Shown here one piece after another: positions 27,915 to 36,550 of a stretch of 64,000 nt of DNA; position 1 is the first letter of the stretch, and each line of letters opens with the position of its first letter. A program made the position numbers and the translations under genes. This DNA is from Sulfurimicrobium sp. (GTDB lineage Bacteria > Pseudomonadota > Gammaproteobacteria > Burkholderiales > Sulfuricellaceae), in assembly GCA_030652035.1 (NCBI GenBank), contig JAUSBJ010000036.1, positions 45,880-109,879 of the forward strand, written 5' to 3'. The notes beneath the pieces were generated by a model, which was not told the DNA's origin, ran no database searches, and saw nothing but the letters and a program-made list of their open reading frames with translations.

Positions 27915-30900
27915 TCATGGAACCAGTTCGCGCCAGATTACCCGCTTGCCCTGGAAAGTATCTGATTTGGGGTCGAACTTGATATTCGCCGGGCGAGGGG
28001 TGGGGTCGCCCACTTCCACAGTCGAGGCCACTATCTTGCCATCGGGAAGCATGACCAGATTGACGCCGACCACGGGTGTTTCCGTTCTCAGGGACGCAGT
28101 GGAGTCGGTTGCGCCGCCCACTGACAAGCCGGTCCTGTTATTCACAAAATTGACCCAGCCATACCCTACAGGGGCGCACGCCGTATTGGTTGGCACCGTG
28201 GTTGGAAAAAGCAGGGTGCCGTACTCGAGCTGCGGGTCGACATTGGCTCTCTCCCCCGGGTCGGGGAAATCGACATACCAGCCACGCTGTGTAAGCCAGT
28301 TGACGTCACTTCCCGTGACTGTCCGGGTATTTGCACCATTAGCCAATGTCCTTTGCACCATCTCGTTTGCACCGGTTCCAGAACGCGGGTTATCGAAGGT
28401 CGCCGTCGCATTGTCATCCTTGATCGCATAGAGCGTGTTCTGCTGTGTGTTTGCGAGATCGGAAACCTCGAGATATTTTCCGGTCGCCGCATAAACCACG
28501 CGTTTGCCGCTGATTTCCGCAAATTCCGGGCGGGTGGTGATGGGTTGAACCACGCCGGCGCTGTCCTTCAATACCGCGAACTTCAACAGGCTGTAATTCG
28601 ACATGTCGATGCGCCAGAGGTTGCCCTGCAAGTCCCCGCCATAGATAAACTCCGCAGTATTGTTCCGTTCGGAGGCCTCGGTATAAAACTCGACCTTTGC
28701 CAGACCGCTTGGCGTGTCTTCACTCCCGACACCCGTGCTGACTTTGTTGAGAACAGTCCCAGTGATAGGGTCAAGTTCAAAAACCCAACCCTTGCCATCG
28801 CCCGGGCTGACGTTGTTGTAACCGGAAGTCAGGAACACCACCCATTTCCCGTCCGAAGGCCGCTTGCCGATTTTCGGCTCCGCAAAACTGTAGCCGACGT
28901 TGTCATCCATTTTCAGGTCATGGTCGGTGATTTGCGTATAGGTGAACTCCCACAGGAACTTGGGAGCAGCAGGGTTCGTCACGTCCAGGGCGTAGAAACC
29001 CCGGCCTCCGCCACGCAGGCTGCCCACGAGGATTGATCGCCACGAAGATCCGTCAACGGAAGGCGTTCCGACAGAAATATCGCCAGTGACTGCGGAGCCG
29101 TTGACAAAATAGGTATGCATGGTGGAATAGTTCTTGTCCGCCAGCTTCCACATCTTGGGCATCACCATGCTGGGGACGTAGGCCCAGCGCTCTACCCCGG
29201 TTTCCGCATCGAAAGCGTGCAGCATGCCGTCGTTGGTGCCCAGAAATACCGTTTTTTTGTTTATAGACGGAGCTACCGTATTTTTGTAGTTGGTATAGCC
29301 TGTATCGATATAGGAGAACCTGGGTTTTCCGATGGATATGGGCTGGGATTCGATTGCATCGCCCAGCGTCGCTTCGCGGTAGCGGAAGAGTTTGTCGGTG
29401 TTGCCCGAGCGGTCTTCATAACCAGTCTGGCCGCGCAGATAATTGACCAGTTCTTTTCCTGACGCGAGCGTCTGCTGTGCTCCAGTCAGGCTGGGCCATT
29501 GGCTCAGGGCCGTGGGCGAACTGAAATAAGCCTTCTGGTTAGTCGTCATGTTGTCATACTTGAATTCAGTCAGGGCGGCGCCGTTGGCATCCTTCATGTA
29601 AATGGTGCGGGCATCGCTGCTGGTGGCCACCTTGTTCTTCAGCGTGCCCGTGCAACTAGCGGGCACCTCGACCTTGCATTCCGTGGAACCGGGGCAAGTG
29701 GTAGTGAGGGGTGGCGTCACGCAATACCAGACATTGCTACCGCTGATGGTTTCATTCTGGAGTACGCCTGGATTGGGGCAGGAGGTCAGTGGAACAACGT
29801 CCTCCACGCACCATACCGCAGCCTCGCTGGTCGCGCCTGTATTCAGATCAATCGTGCGAGCCTCCAGATTGCCGTGCCACTTCACGGTCGTGTAGCTGGC
29901 TACAAAGGCTTTATTGTCCTGTGCCGTCGGGTTCAGCGTGCTTGTGGCTGCCGCGGCGCCGGCTCCACGCTTCTGATTCATGGCAGCCAACGCCTTTTCG
30001 AGGCCCTTGACAATCTGATCCGGGTCCTTGGCGCTGAAATACTCGCCCCGGCCATTGACCGCCGCGTGCCAGAGATCGTCGATATTCTCAGGCCCTTTAT
30101 TATCACCGGGCGCCGGCCAGTTGAGGTTTCCAAGTTTCAACTCATTAAAATCGCCGAAGGTCGCGTTCGCATAATCGTCCTGATACACCAGCGTGCCGTC
30201 GGCGCCCAGACCGATGGTAAACGTGGTCATGTATTGCTTGACAAAACGAGCAACTGGCGGCGGACCAGGGTCGTCTTCCTGGCACACATTGAGGCCCAGT
30301 GAGCCGATGCAATCGCTGGTGCGCAGGTCCGTTTCATAGTAATACTTGGCGATATCCGCCAGCGTGTTGCTGGTTGCTATGGGGCCTTCATACATCGGGC
30401 GTGGGCTGTTGCCTGTAGAGGAGGAATCAGAGTCCAGGTTGCCCACGCTGCCGCCCGACAGGCTGAAATTGACTGTAGAGCCGTTCCAATAGCCATCCGT
30501 GGAGAGGATGGAAAAATTCTGCTGGCAGGAATACTGCATGGGGTCCTGCTGGCCGCTTACTTTTTTTGCAAAAATCCGGCCCACCTTGCCCAGGGCGTCA
30601 CGCAGCGGCGTGCCGCCATTCGCATTGACCGCAAAAAGCTTGGTGTACCACGAGTTCTTGTGCGCCAGCTCGAAGATGTCGATATGCAGGAACCGGCTAC
30701 CATCCGTCGCCCCGGTATAGGGATTTCCATTGGTATCGTTAATGACATTGAAGCCCACGCGGTATTTGTTGTCTATGCCCTTGAAGGCGCGGCTTACCCC
30801 GGATTTCATCATGCTCATGCGGGTGTGGTAGTAGGTGAACCAGTTGGCGTAGTTGGTCATCTCCTCGTCGTAGGTGCAGGTTGTGCCTGCACAGTCGGTG

Positions 30901-32018
30901 CGGGTAGATGCCTTGCTGCTTGAGCCCGGATAGGCGTATGTATTACCGGAAACAATGCTGGTGTAAAAAGTAAAGCCAGGGCGGCCGCCGCTAAATGCGG
31001 TGCGGGTTACAGTCGCCCCGCCTGTGACAACAGGAAGGAAAGTAATTGCCCCCGAACCATTTGGCGCAGTGATTGTGACGGTCGTTGTGTTAGTGGTGGC
31101 GCTGTACCCTGCCACCGTGCAGTTTCCTGTAATGGCTGCGGTACAGGCATTGATGGCATTCCGGATGTTGGTGGCCGTGGTGGCCTCGGTGTTGCTGCCG
31201 GCGGCGGCAACAGACATGATGTTTTGACCATTGACGCTGATTTGGCTGACCGTATTGGCTGAAGTGGAATTATCCACCCTTACGGTTGCAGTAGCGGATT
31301 TAGGATAGCGCGGGTTACTGTAGGTTGAAGTTCTGACACTCTGGCAAGTCGTCAGGGCCGTGCTATTGCACCAGCGCAATGGGGCAGGATATTTGTAGTA
31401 AGTGCCGCCCACCGTGGTTGGCGCGGTTGCCGTGATACAGCTTTTCAGGTTCGGCAAGGCGCAATACTCCCCCGCCACAAAGGTGAAAAAGTTGGCCTTG
31501 CCGTCGGTCAGATCGCAGGCGCCGTTCGGCGCCGTACCCGAGGGCGTGCTGCCGTCCGGGCAGAGCTGATTGGGGGTGCCAGCAGCCTGGTTGTTGTAAC
31601 TCAGGATGCCATAGGCATCGTATTTGACACTGTTCCAGCCCGAGGTCTTGCTGGGGTAGGTGGTGGTATTCAGCGTCCCGTCCGCGTTGAAATGCACCGG
31701 CGGGGTATAGGTGATCGCCGGGTTGTAGTAAGTCAGGTTCCAGGCGGAATTCCTGTAGAGATCCGGATTGCTGCTGCGGGAATAGGAACTGTTGTATGCC
31801 ACCCAATCCGGCATGAAATCCCAGCCCATGCTGCCCGAATTATCCAGGGTGAACATGATGTTGGGCAACACGACCGTACTCACTGTGTTCGCCAGCGGCA
31901 CCTGGGTCAGGTTCACGAGGGCGGCATGCAGCGCATTTGGAACCGCAAGCCCGGCGCACAGTACCATGCAGGCCAGAAATTTTTGCAACCTGTTGAAAAG
32001 TGGTGAATGTGTCATCAT
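27915..32018 (-). CDS. pilY1: Type IV pilus adhesin PilY1/PilC
   Basis: Signal peptide, vWA MIDAS-like LDNSGSM, NDGMLHAF, G.E.WAYVP, GDLQGNLWR, GWY, terminal WREL. Confidence 0.92.
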   Translation of the reverse strand: MMTHSPLFNRLQKFLACMVLCAGLAVPNALHAALVNLTQVPLANTVSTVVLPNIMFTLDNSGSMGWDFMPDWVAYNSSYSRSSNPDLYRNSAWNLTYYNPAITYTPPVHFNADGTLNTTTYPSKTSGWNSVKYDAYGILSYNNQAAGTPNQLCPDGSTPSGTAPNGACDLTDGKANFFTFVAGEYCALPNLKSCITATAPTTVGGTYYKYPAPLRWCNSTALTTCQSVRTSTYSNPRYPKSATATVRVDNSTSANTVSQISVNGQNIMSVAAAGSNTEATTATNIRNAINACTAAITGNCTVAGYSATTNTTTVTITAPNGSGAITFLPVVTGGATVTRTAFSGGRPGFTFYTSIVSGNTYAYPGSSSKASTRTDCAGTTCTYDEEMTNYANWFTYYHTRMSMMKSGVSRAFKGIDNKYRVGFNVINDTNGNPYTGATDGSRFLHIDIFELAHKNSWYTKLFAVNANGGTPLRDALGKVGRIFAKKVSGQQDPMQYSCQQNFSILSTDGYWNGSTVNFSLSGGSVGNLDSDSSSTGNSPRPMYEGPIATSNTLADIAKYYYETDLRTSDCIGSLGLNVCQEDDPGPPPVARFVKQYMTTFTIGLGADGTLVYQDDYANATFGDFNELKLGNLNWPAPGDNKGPENIDDLWHAAVNGRGEYFSAKDPDQIVKGLEKALAAMNQKRGAGAAAATSTLNPTAQDNKAFVASYTTVKWHGNLEARTIDLNTGATSEAAVWCVEDVVPLTSCPNPGVLQNETISGSNVWYCVTPPLTTTCPGSTECKVEVPASCTGTLKNKVATSSDARTIYMKDANGAALTEFKYDNMTTNQKAYFSSPTALSQWPSLTGAQQTLASGKELVNYLRGQTGYEDRSGNTDKLFRYREATLGDAIESQPISIGKPRFSYIDTGYTNYKNTVAPSINKKTVFLGTNDGMLHAFDAETGVERWAYVPSMVMPKMWKLADKNYSTMHTYFVNGSAVTGDISVGTPSVDGSSWRSILVGSLRGGGRGFYALDVTNPAAPKFLWEFTYTQITDHDLKMDDNVGYSFAEPKIGKRPSDGKWVVFLTSGYNNVSPGDGKGWVFELDPITGTVLNKVSTGVGSEDTPSGLAKVEFYTEASERNNTAEFIYGGDLQGNLWRIDMSNYSLLKFAVLKDSAGVVQPITTRPEFAEISGKRVVYAATGKYLEVSDLANTQQNTLYAIKDDNATATFDNPRSGTGANEMVQRTLANGANTRTVTGSDVNWLTQRGWYVDFPDPGERANVDPQLEYGTLLFPTTVPTNTACAPVGYGWVNFVNNRTGLSVGGATDSTASLRTETPVVGVNLVMLPDGKIVASTVEVGDPTPRPANIKFDPKSDTFQGKRVIWRELVP

Positions 32019-32024
32019 GAACTC

Positions 32025-32693
32025 CTAGTAGGAATATGCTTGGATGTAACTGACGGTGTTCCTGGGGCCGGTTACCCTTGCTGTAATACGATAGAGCGGG
32101 CTGCCGCCACTGCTGGCGCCGATACCGAGTCCGGCATCGTAGGTAAGCCGGCCGCGTTTGGAACCGTTATCTTCTTGAAAATCGCTGAAAAGGCACATGT
32201 CTGAAGAAAGCAGCTGCGTAGCATTGTCGCTCCGGCACACGCGCTGGATAATGTAGCGAACCGTGTTGCCTGTCGTTGAATCCAGGCCGTCGGCGTTGAA
32301 GTTGGTGCCCGTGCCGGGCCGGCTGGCGGCTGCGGTCCAGATCGAAGCATCGGCCAGATTGATCTTCTCACTGCTGTCAGCCTTCAACATGCTCGCGTAA
32401 TACCCCGAGGTCGGGCTATCGACGTTGAAGGCATGCGTAATATCCAGCCGTGGATCCGTTGTTTGGGCGGCTTGTACCGTCTTCATCCATGGAATAGCGG
32501 ATTCCAAAGCGGCATCCGCAGAGGAGGTGGCCGCCTGCTTGAAAGCGAGATTACCTGCAACCAGGGTGGAGGTATCGACCGAGCGCACCAGCGCGACCGC
32601 AGCCAGCGACATCACCACCAGCGCGATCAGCGCAATGAAGAGCACCACGCCTCGCTGCCCTTGCCGTTTGTGGTTTGTTGATATGTGGTTCAT
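32025..32693 (-). CDS. pilX: Minor pilin PilX
   Basis: QRGVVLFIAL leader (no Glu+5), GN.AF, YRITARV.G. Confidence 0.88.
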   Translation of the reverse strand: MNHISTNHKRQGQRGVVLFIALIALVVMSLAAVALVRSVDTSTLVAGNLAFKQAATSSADAALESAIPWMKTVQAAQTTDPRLDITHAFNVDSPTSGYYASMLKADSSEKINLADASIWTAAASRPGTGTNFNADGLDSTTGNTVRYIIQRVCRSDNATQLLSSDMCLFSDFQEDNGSKRGRLTYDAGLGIGASSGGSPLYRITARVTGPRNTVSYIQAYSY

Positions 32694-32719
32694 GATTTCT
32701 CCAGGCTTTCCGCACATAC

Positions 32720-33721
32720 TCAAATCGTGTTGCTGGACCAGACCATGTTGCGAAGGGGAATGATGGTCTCGAATATGGTGTAGCGATAATGATTCCAGTC
32801 TGCAAGGCCGGTCAAATCGACATTGACCGGCGTGGGATCGCCGGTCCATATGCACGTCTGATTCGGCTTTGGAGCAGCAGGATCGCAGGCATAGCTGACC
32901 ACGTCCTTCTCATACGCGCTGTTGCGCGTAATGAGCGCGATGCGGACCGCCCTGATGCGCAGGCGCAATGCAAGGTCAGGCGCGGCAGCGCCGGCATCGG
33001 CCCAGGTAGTGATAACACTGTTATCGACTGTGGCTGGCGCGGCAGTCAGCCCGTATTGGGCTTGCATGCTGACCACATCGGCAGCGCTGGGAGTGCCGTT
33101 GCGGGTCAGCCCGCCACCGGCTGCTGCCGTATAGGCAACCTCATTCCATTCGCCCATGCAGGCGATGTTTCCGGTTGTCACGGCGGGCGCGGCGGCCAGC
33201 GTGATATGGGTATTGTCCGGCAGGGCGCTGACCGTTTGCATGGCGCAACTCGCTCCATTCACCACCAGCGCGGCATCGCCAACCTGGCAACCCATATTGT
33301 TGACTACCGTCACGCTGGCGCCCGCAAATGTGCCGCTGATCGGAATGCCACCCCGTTGCGTCGAGCCGTAACGGATGGTCAGCGTATCGCTCCCCGCGCC
33401 GCCTTCGGTAATGCGCACCGGAAATAGCCCGGCACCGCTCACTGGGTGGGCTGGGAGTGGATCGCACTTGAGCGCGGGGTTCATAACGCTGTAAACCGGC
33501 AGGCCATACCCCGCCATAGACGCTTCGCGCTGAATGGTATAGATCGCCACGCTGCCGTTGGTCTGAGCGTCCGCCCCACCGGTCGTGCTGCGCTTCTGGC
33601 CCTCGAAGACCGAGAAGACCTGCATGATGACCAAGGTTGCAAGCAACCCGATCACCATGCCCACCATCAGTTCGACCAGACTGAAACCCAGGCTGTGCGT
33701 TTTTTTCATATTCGCATTCAT
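32720..33721 (-). CDS. pilW: Minor pilin PilW
   Basis: GFSLVELMV, MQAQYG, IPLRN. Confidence 0.9.
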   Translation of the reverse strand: MNANMKKTHSLGFSLVELMVGMVIGLLATLVIMQVFSVFEGQKRSTTGGADAQTNGSVAIYTIQREASMAGYGLPVYSVMNPALKCDPLPAHPVSGAGLFPVRITEGGAGSDTLTIRYGSTQRGGIPISGTFAGASVTVVNNMGCQVGDAALVVNGASCAMQTVSALPDNTHITLAAAPAVTTGNIACMGEWNEVAYTAAAGGGLTRNGTPSAADVVSMQAQYGLTAAPATVDNSVITTWADAGAAAPDLALRLRIRAVRIALITRNSAYEKDVVSYACDPAAPKPNQTCIWTGDPTPVNVDLTGLADWNHYRYTIFETIIPLRNMVWSSNTI

Positions 33722-33723
33722 AT

Positions 33724-34131
33724 TCAGCCTCCCGCCACGCGCGCGACCATGACATAAGAATGCGTTTCCGGCGAACCGGCCGCCGAGGGTGGCGTCCAGT
33801 TGACCGTGACGCTAAATTCGCCTGGAGATGTTTGCAGGGTCGTGCGCGTCCCCCCCGGCAAGATGGCTGAAATGTCCGTACCGGGCACGGGCTCGAGAAA
33901 TTTGGTCAGGTCCGAAGGATCGGACCAGATCATGCCTATCCTTTGCTGCGCAAGAAAGGCAGCCTCGGAGCGAAACCTCGCATCCGAGGAATTCTTGATC
34001 ATCGCCGCCTGCAATCCGACGAGGGCCAGAACCCCCATCGAAAAAATCAGGATGGCGATGAGCGCTTCAAGCAGGACGACGCCGTGCTGCGAATCAGGTG
34101 AAGACTGTTTGGTGAAGGTTTTCATGATCAT
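33724..34131 (-). CDS. pilV: Minor pilin PilV
   Basis: GVVLLEALIAILIFSMGVL..VGLQ. Confidence 0.88.
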   Translation of the reverse strand: MIMKTFTKQSSPDSQHGVVLLEALIAILIFSMGVLALVGLQAAMIKNSSDARFRSEAAFLAQQRIGMIWSDPSDLTKFLEPVPGTDISAILPGGTRTTLQTSPGEFSVTVNWTPPSAAGSPETHSYVMVARVAGG

Positions 34132-34140
34132 TACCTATCG

Positions 34141-34755
34141 TTAACAGTGGCGCGTATCGGGCGCTACGACATTGGGGTCGCACATGCGGATGTTTCCGCC
34201 AGTATCGATCGTGATGCGCAAATCGCGGCTATCCGCAGCCGTAAGCAGGGTATTGTCGATATCGAATCTTACTGTCGAGCCCGCGCCCGGAACGGGGAAT
34301 ATCATCCGGCCAAAGCTGTCGAAACGTATGGTTCCGCCGTTGTTGGGCGTGACCGTAACCGATGATGAAGAACCTTCTCCGATAGTTCTGTTCTGGATGG
34401 CGTTGGTATCAGGACACCCCGGCGTAACCGCTGTGCATTTCACCGTCCAGGCGGAGCCCGTTCCCACCACGAACTCAACAGTGGAGTTGCGCCGCACCCC
34501 CTCGTTGCGCGCAAGTTGCAGGCCGTTCACAAAGGACTCGGCTGCGCTTCTGATCCGGGTGTTCTGTATCCAGACCGTGTAAGCCGGCATCGCCAAGGCA
34601 AGCGTCAACCCCAGAATGGCGATCGTGATCATCAACTCGATCAGGGTAAAACCCTTTTCCTTCTGGGCTGAGTGAGCGTCTTTGCACGAGAAGGACACAT
34701 CCCCGCCGAGAGCGGCGAGGGAATCCCTTCTTGTGGGTGAGCGCGATGTCAGCAT
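34141..34755 (-). CDS. fimT: FimT/FimU-family minor pilin with a long leader
   Basis: [21 protein letters not shown]. Confidence 0.85.
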   Translation of the reverse strand: MLTSRSPTRRDSLAALGGDVSFSCKDAHSAQKEKGFTLIELMITIAILGLTLALAMPAYTVWIQNTRIRSAAESFVNGLQLARNEGVRRNSTVEFVVGTGSAWTVKCTAVTPGCPDTNAIQNRTIGEGSSSSVTVTPNNGGTIRFDSFGRMIFPVPGAGSTVRFDIDNTLLTAADSRDLRITIDTGGNIRMCDPNVVAPDTRHC

Positions 34756-35198
34756 GATCCACCATGCTTAGTCAGCCAGCAGTCCGCTCCCACCGTCCCA
34801 TCGGCATTTGAGGTTTTGGCATTGCTTTGGTCTATCGTATAGCTATAGCCGCTCATTCCCTGGGCAGCAACGCCGGTTGCGGTGATTTGATAAACAGCGG
34901 CTGCCGGCGCGACAGTGAATGCATAGGTAAAATATTTTGTGCCGCTTGTATTCAGCGTGGCGCCTGTAGCGGCTATGGTGGCAGTGGCATAGGTGCGGTT
35001 ATCCTGGAAATACTGCTCCATCTTGATCCGGAAATCAGCGAGCGTGGAGGTCGCCTCCTGAATTTTTCCCCGCTTCACATAATCGGTATACGCTGGCATC
35101 GCAACCGCTGCCAGAATGCCTATAATCGCCACGACGATCATGACCTCAATCAACGTGAAGCCCTTGATCCGGCCTGACGGCATTTTTTGGAATTTCAT
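34749..35198 (-). CDS. pilE: Minor pilin PilE
   Basis: [34 protein letters not shown]. Confidence 0.9.
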   Translation of the reverse strand: MKFQKMPSGRIKGFTLIEVMIVVAIIGILAAVAMPAYTDYVKRGKIQEATSTLADFRIKMEQYFQDNRTYATATIAATGATLNTSGTKYFTYAFTVAPAAAVYQITATGVAAQGMSGYSYTIDQSNAKTSNADGTVGADCWLTKHGGSC

Positions 35199-35267
35199 TG
35201 TCTCGCCCCTTCCTTTGATTACGCTCTGAATGCTATCGAATGAATGTCCAGATTTCCAGCATGAAAT

Positions 35268-35297
35268 GACAAACGGAAACCTTTACAAGATGAACGG
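35268..35297 (-). promoter_or_regulatory. AlgR/LytTR-type tandem binding sites
   Basis: Minus strand CCGTTCATC-N12-CCGTTTGTC, each one mismatch from the AlgR consensus CCGTTCGTC; about 70 bp upstream of pilE. Confidence 0.7.
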
Positions 35298-35442
35298 TAT
35301 GGCATGAACTTTCTCCCCAAGGCAACAACTTAAGCCAAGCTGATTATAGAACACCTCCAGCCAATGGATACTGCCCCCTTTCACTGGCCGGCAGAAACGG
35401 AATAGACTATATTTTAACTTCACTTTAAATTTGAGGCTTTTC

Positions 35443-36057
35443 ATGCCCGACTCCAAGACACACTGGGAACAGGTCTACTCCTCCCGCAAGCCGCATGAAG
35501 TCGGCTGGTATCAGGCCTACCCGGAAATCCCCCTGCATCTGATCGCTTCCACTGGTGCAAACAAGACTGCCGCAATCATTGACGTGGGCGGCGGAGCCTC
35601 CAATCTGGTGGACGCTTTGCTTGAAAACGGTTACTGCGACGTGACCGTGCTCGACCTTTCCGCAGCCGCGCTGAAGGCCACCCAAGCGAGGCTGGGAGAG
35701 GCGTCGAACCAGGTGAAATGGCTGGTCGCGGATATCACTTCTTTCACCCCGCCACGTCAATACGATGTATGGCATGACCGTGCGGTTTTCCATTTCCTCA
35801 CCGAGGCGGCAGACCGCCAGCGCTATGTGGAAGCGGCCCGCGCCGCCCTGCCGCCCGGCGGACACCTGATCATGGCGACCTTCGCGCTCGACGGCCCGCC
35901 CCAGTGCAGCGGGCTGGACGTGGTGCGCTACAGCCCGGAAAGCCTGCGGCAGGCAGTAGGCGAAGGATTCGCTCTTGCAGAATCCTTCGGAGGCCTCCAT
36001 ATCACGCCATCTCAGGGCAAACAGTCTTACACGTTTTGCCGCTTTATCAGGAATTAA
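35443..36057 (+). CDS. Class I SAM-dependent methyltransferase
   Basis: HWEQVY, IIDVGGGAS, WHDRAVFHFL. Confidence 0.9.
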   Translation: MPDSKTHWEQVYSSRKPHEVGWYQAYPEIPLHLIASTGANKTAAIIDVGGGASNLVDALLENGYCDVTVLDLSAAALKATQARLGEASNQVKWLVADITSFTPPRQYDVWHDRAVFHFLTEAADRQRYVEAARAALPPGGHLIMATFALDGPPQCSGLDVVRYSPESLRQAVGEGFALAESFGGLHITPSQGKQSYTFCRFIRN

Positions 36058-36104
36058 GCGCTTTTTTCAGCAATTGGCGCTTGATTAATTTAGAGTTCCT
36101 AGCA

Positions 36105-36362
36105 ATGGCAAAACTGGCAATCAAGGTAGGCGGAACCTACAGCAATGGGAATTTTCACGGTCACTGGGAAGTGCGTCAGGTGCTGGCGCAAGGCATTCCA
36201 TGCGAAGAGGGAAGCACCGCTGAATGCGTGAAATACAAGGTGCTGGTGGGTGCACATAGACGCCGCAGCTTCATCTGCAGCAGCGAGGATTTCTCGCGCT
36301 GGGTGCGCTACGAGGTCGCCCGCGACGAGAATTCCTGGTTCAAGATCGAGAGCGCGGCCTGA
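36105..36362 (+). CDS. Hypothetical protein, 85 aa
   Basis: ATG start with host-like codon usage; no family recognised. Confidence 0.6.
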   Translation: MAKLAIKVGGTYSNGNFHGHWEVRQVLAQGIPCEEGSTAECVKYKVLVGAHRRRSFICSSEDFSRWVRYEVARDENSWFKIESAA

Positions 36363-36368
36363 AGGCCT

Positions 36369-36538
36369 CTGGCAGCCAGTCAACTTGAAATGCGAAATAA
36401 CGTCTAACCCCTCCCGGCCTCCCCTTGTCAGGGGAGGAGACAACCGCCCCCCCCCTGACAAGGGGGGAGCGAGGGGGGTGCGGTGTAACAGCGACCCCCG
36501 AAATAAATTCTTTTTATTTCAGCACGACTGACTACTAG
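36369..36538. mobile_element. Degenerate MITE-like shell containing the CCCCTTGTCAGGGG palindromic element (36406-36479)
   Basis: Imperfect 23-bp terminal IR (16/23): CTGGCAGCCAGTCAACTTGAAAT versus reverse complement CTAGTAGTCAGTCGTGCTGAAAT. Confidence 0.55.
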
Positions 36539-36550
36539 GCCTATCGCCCT

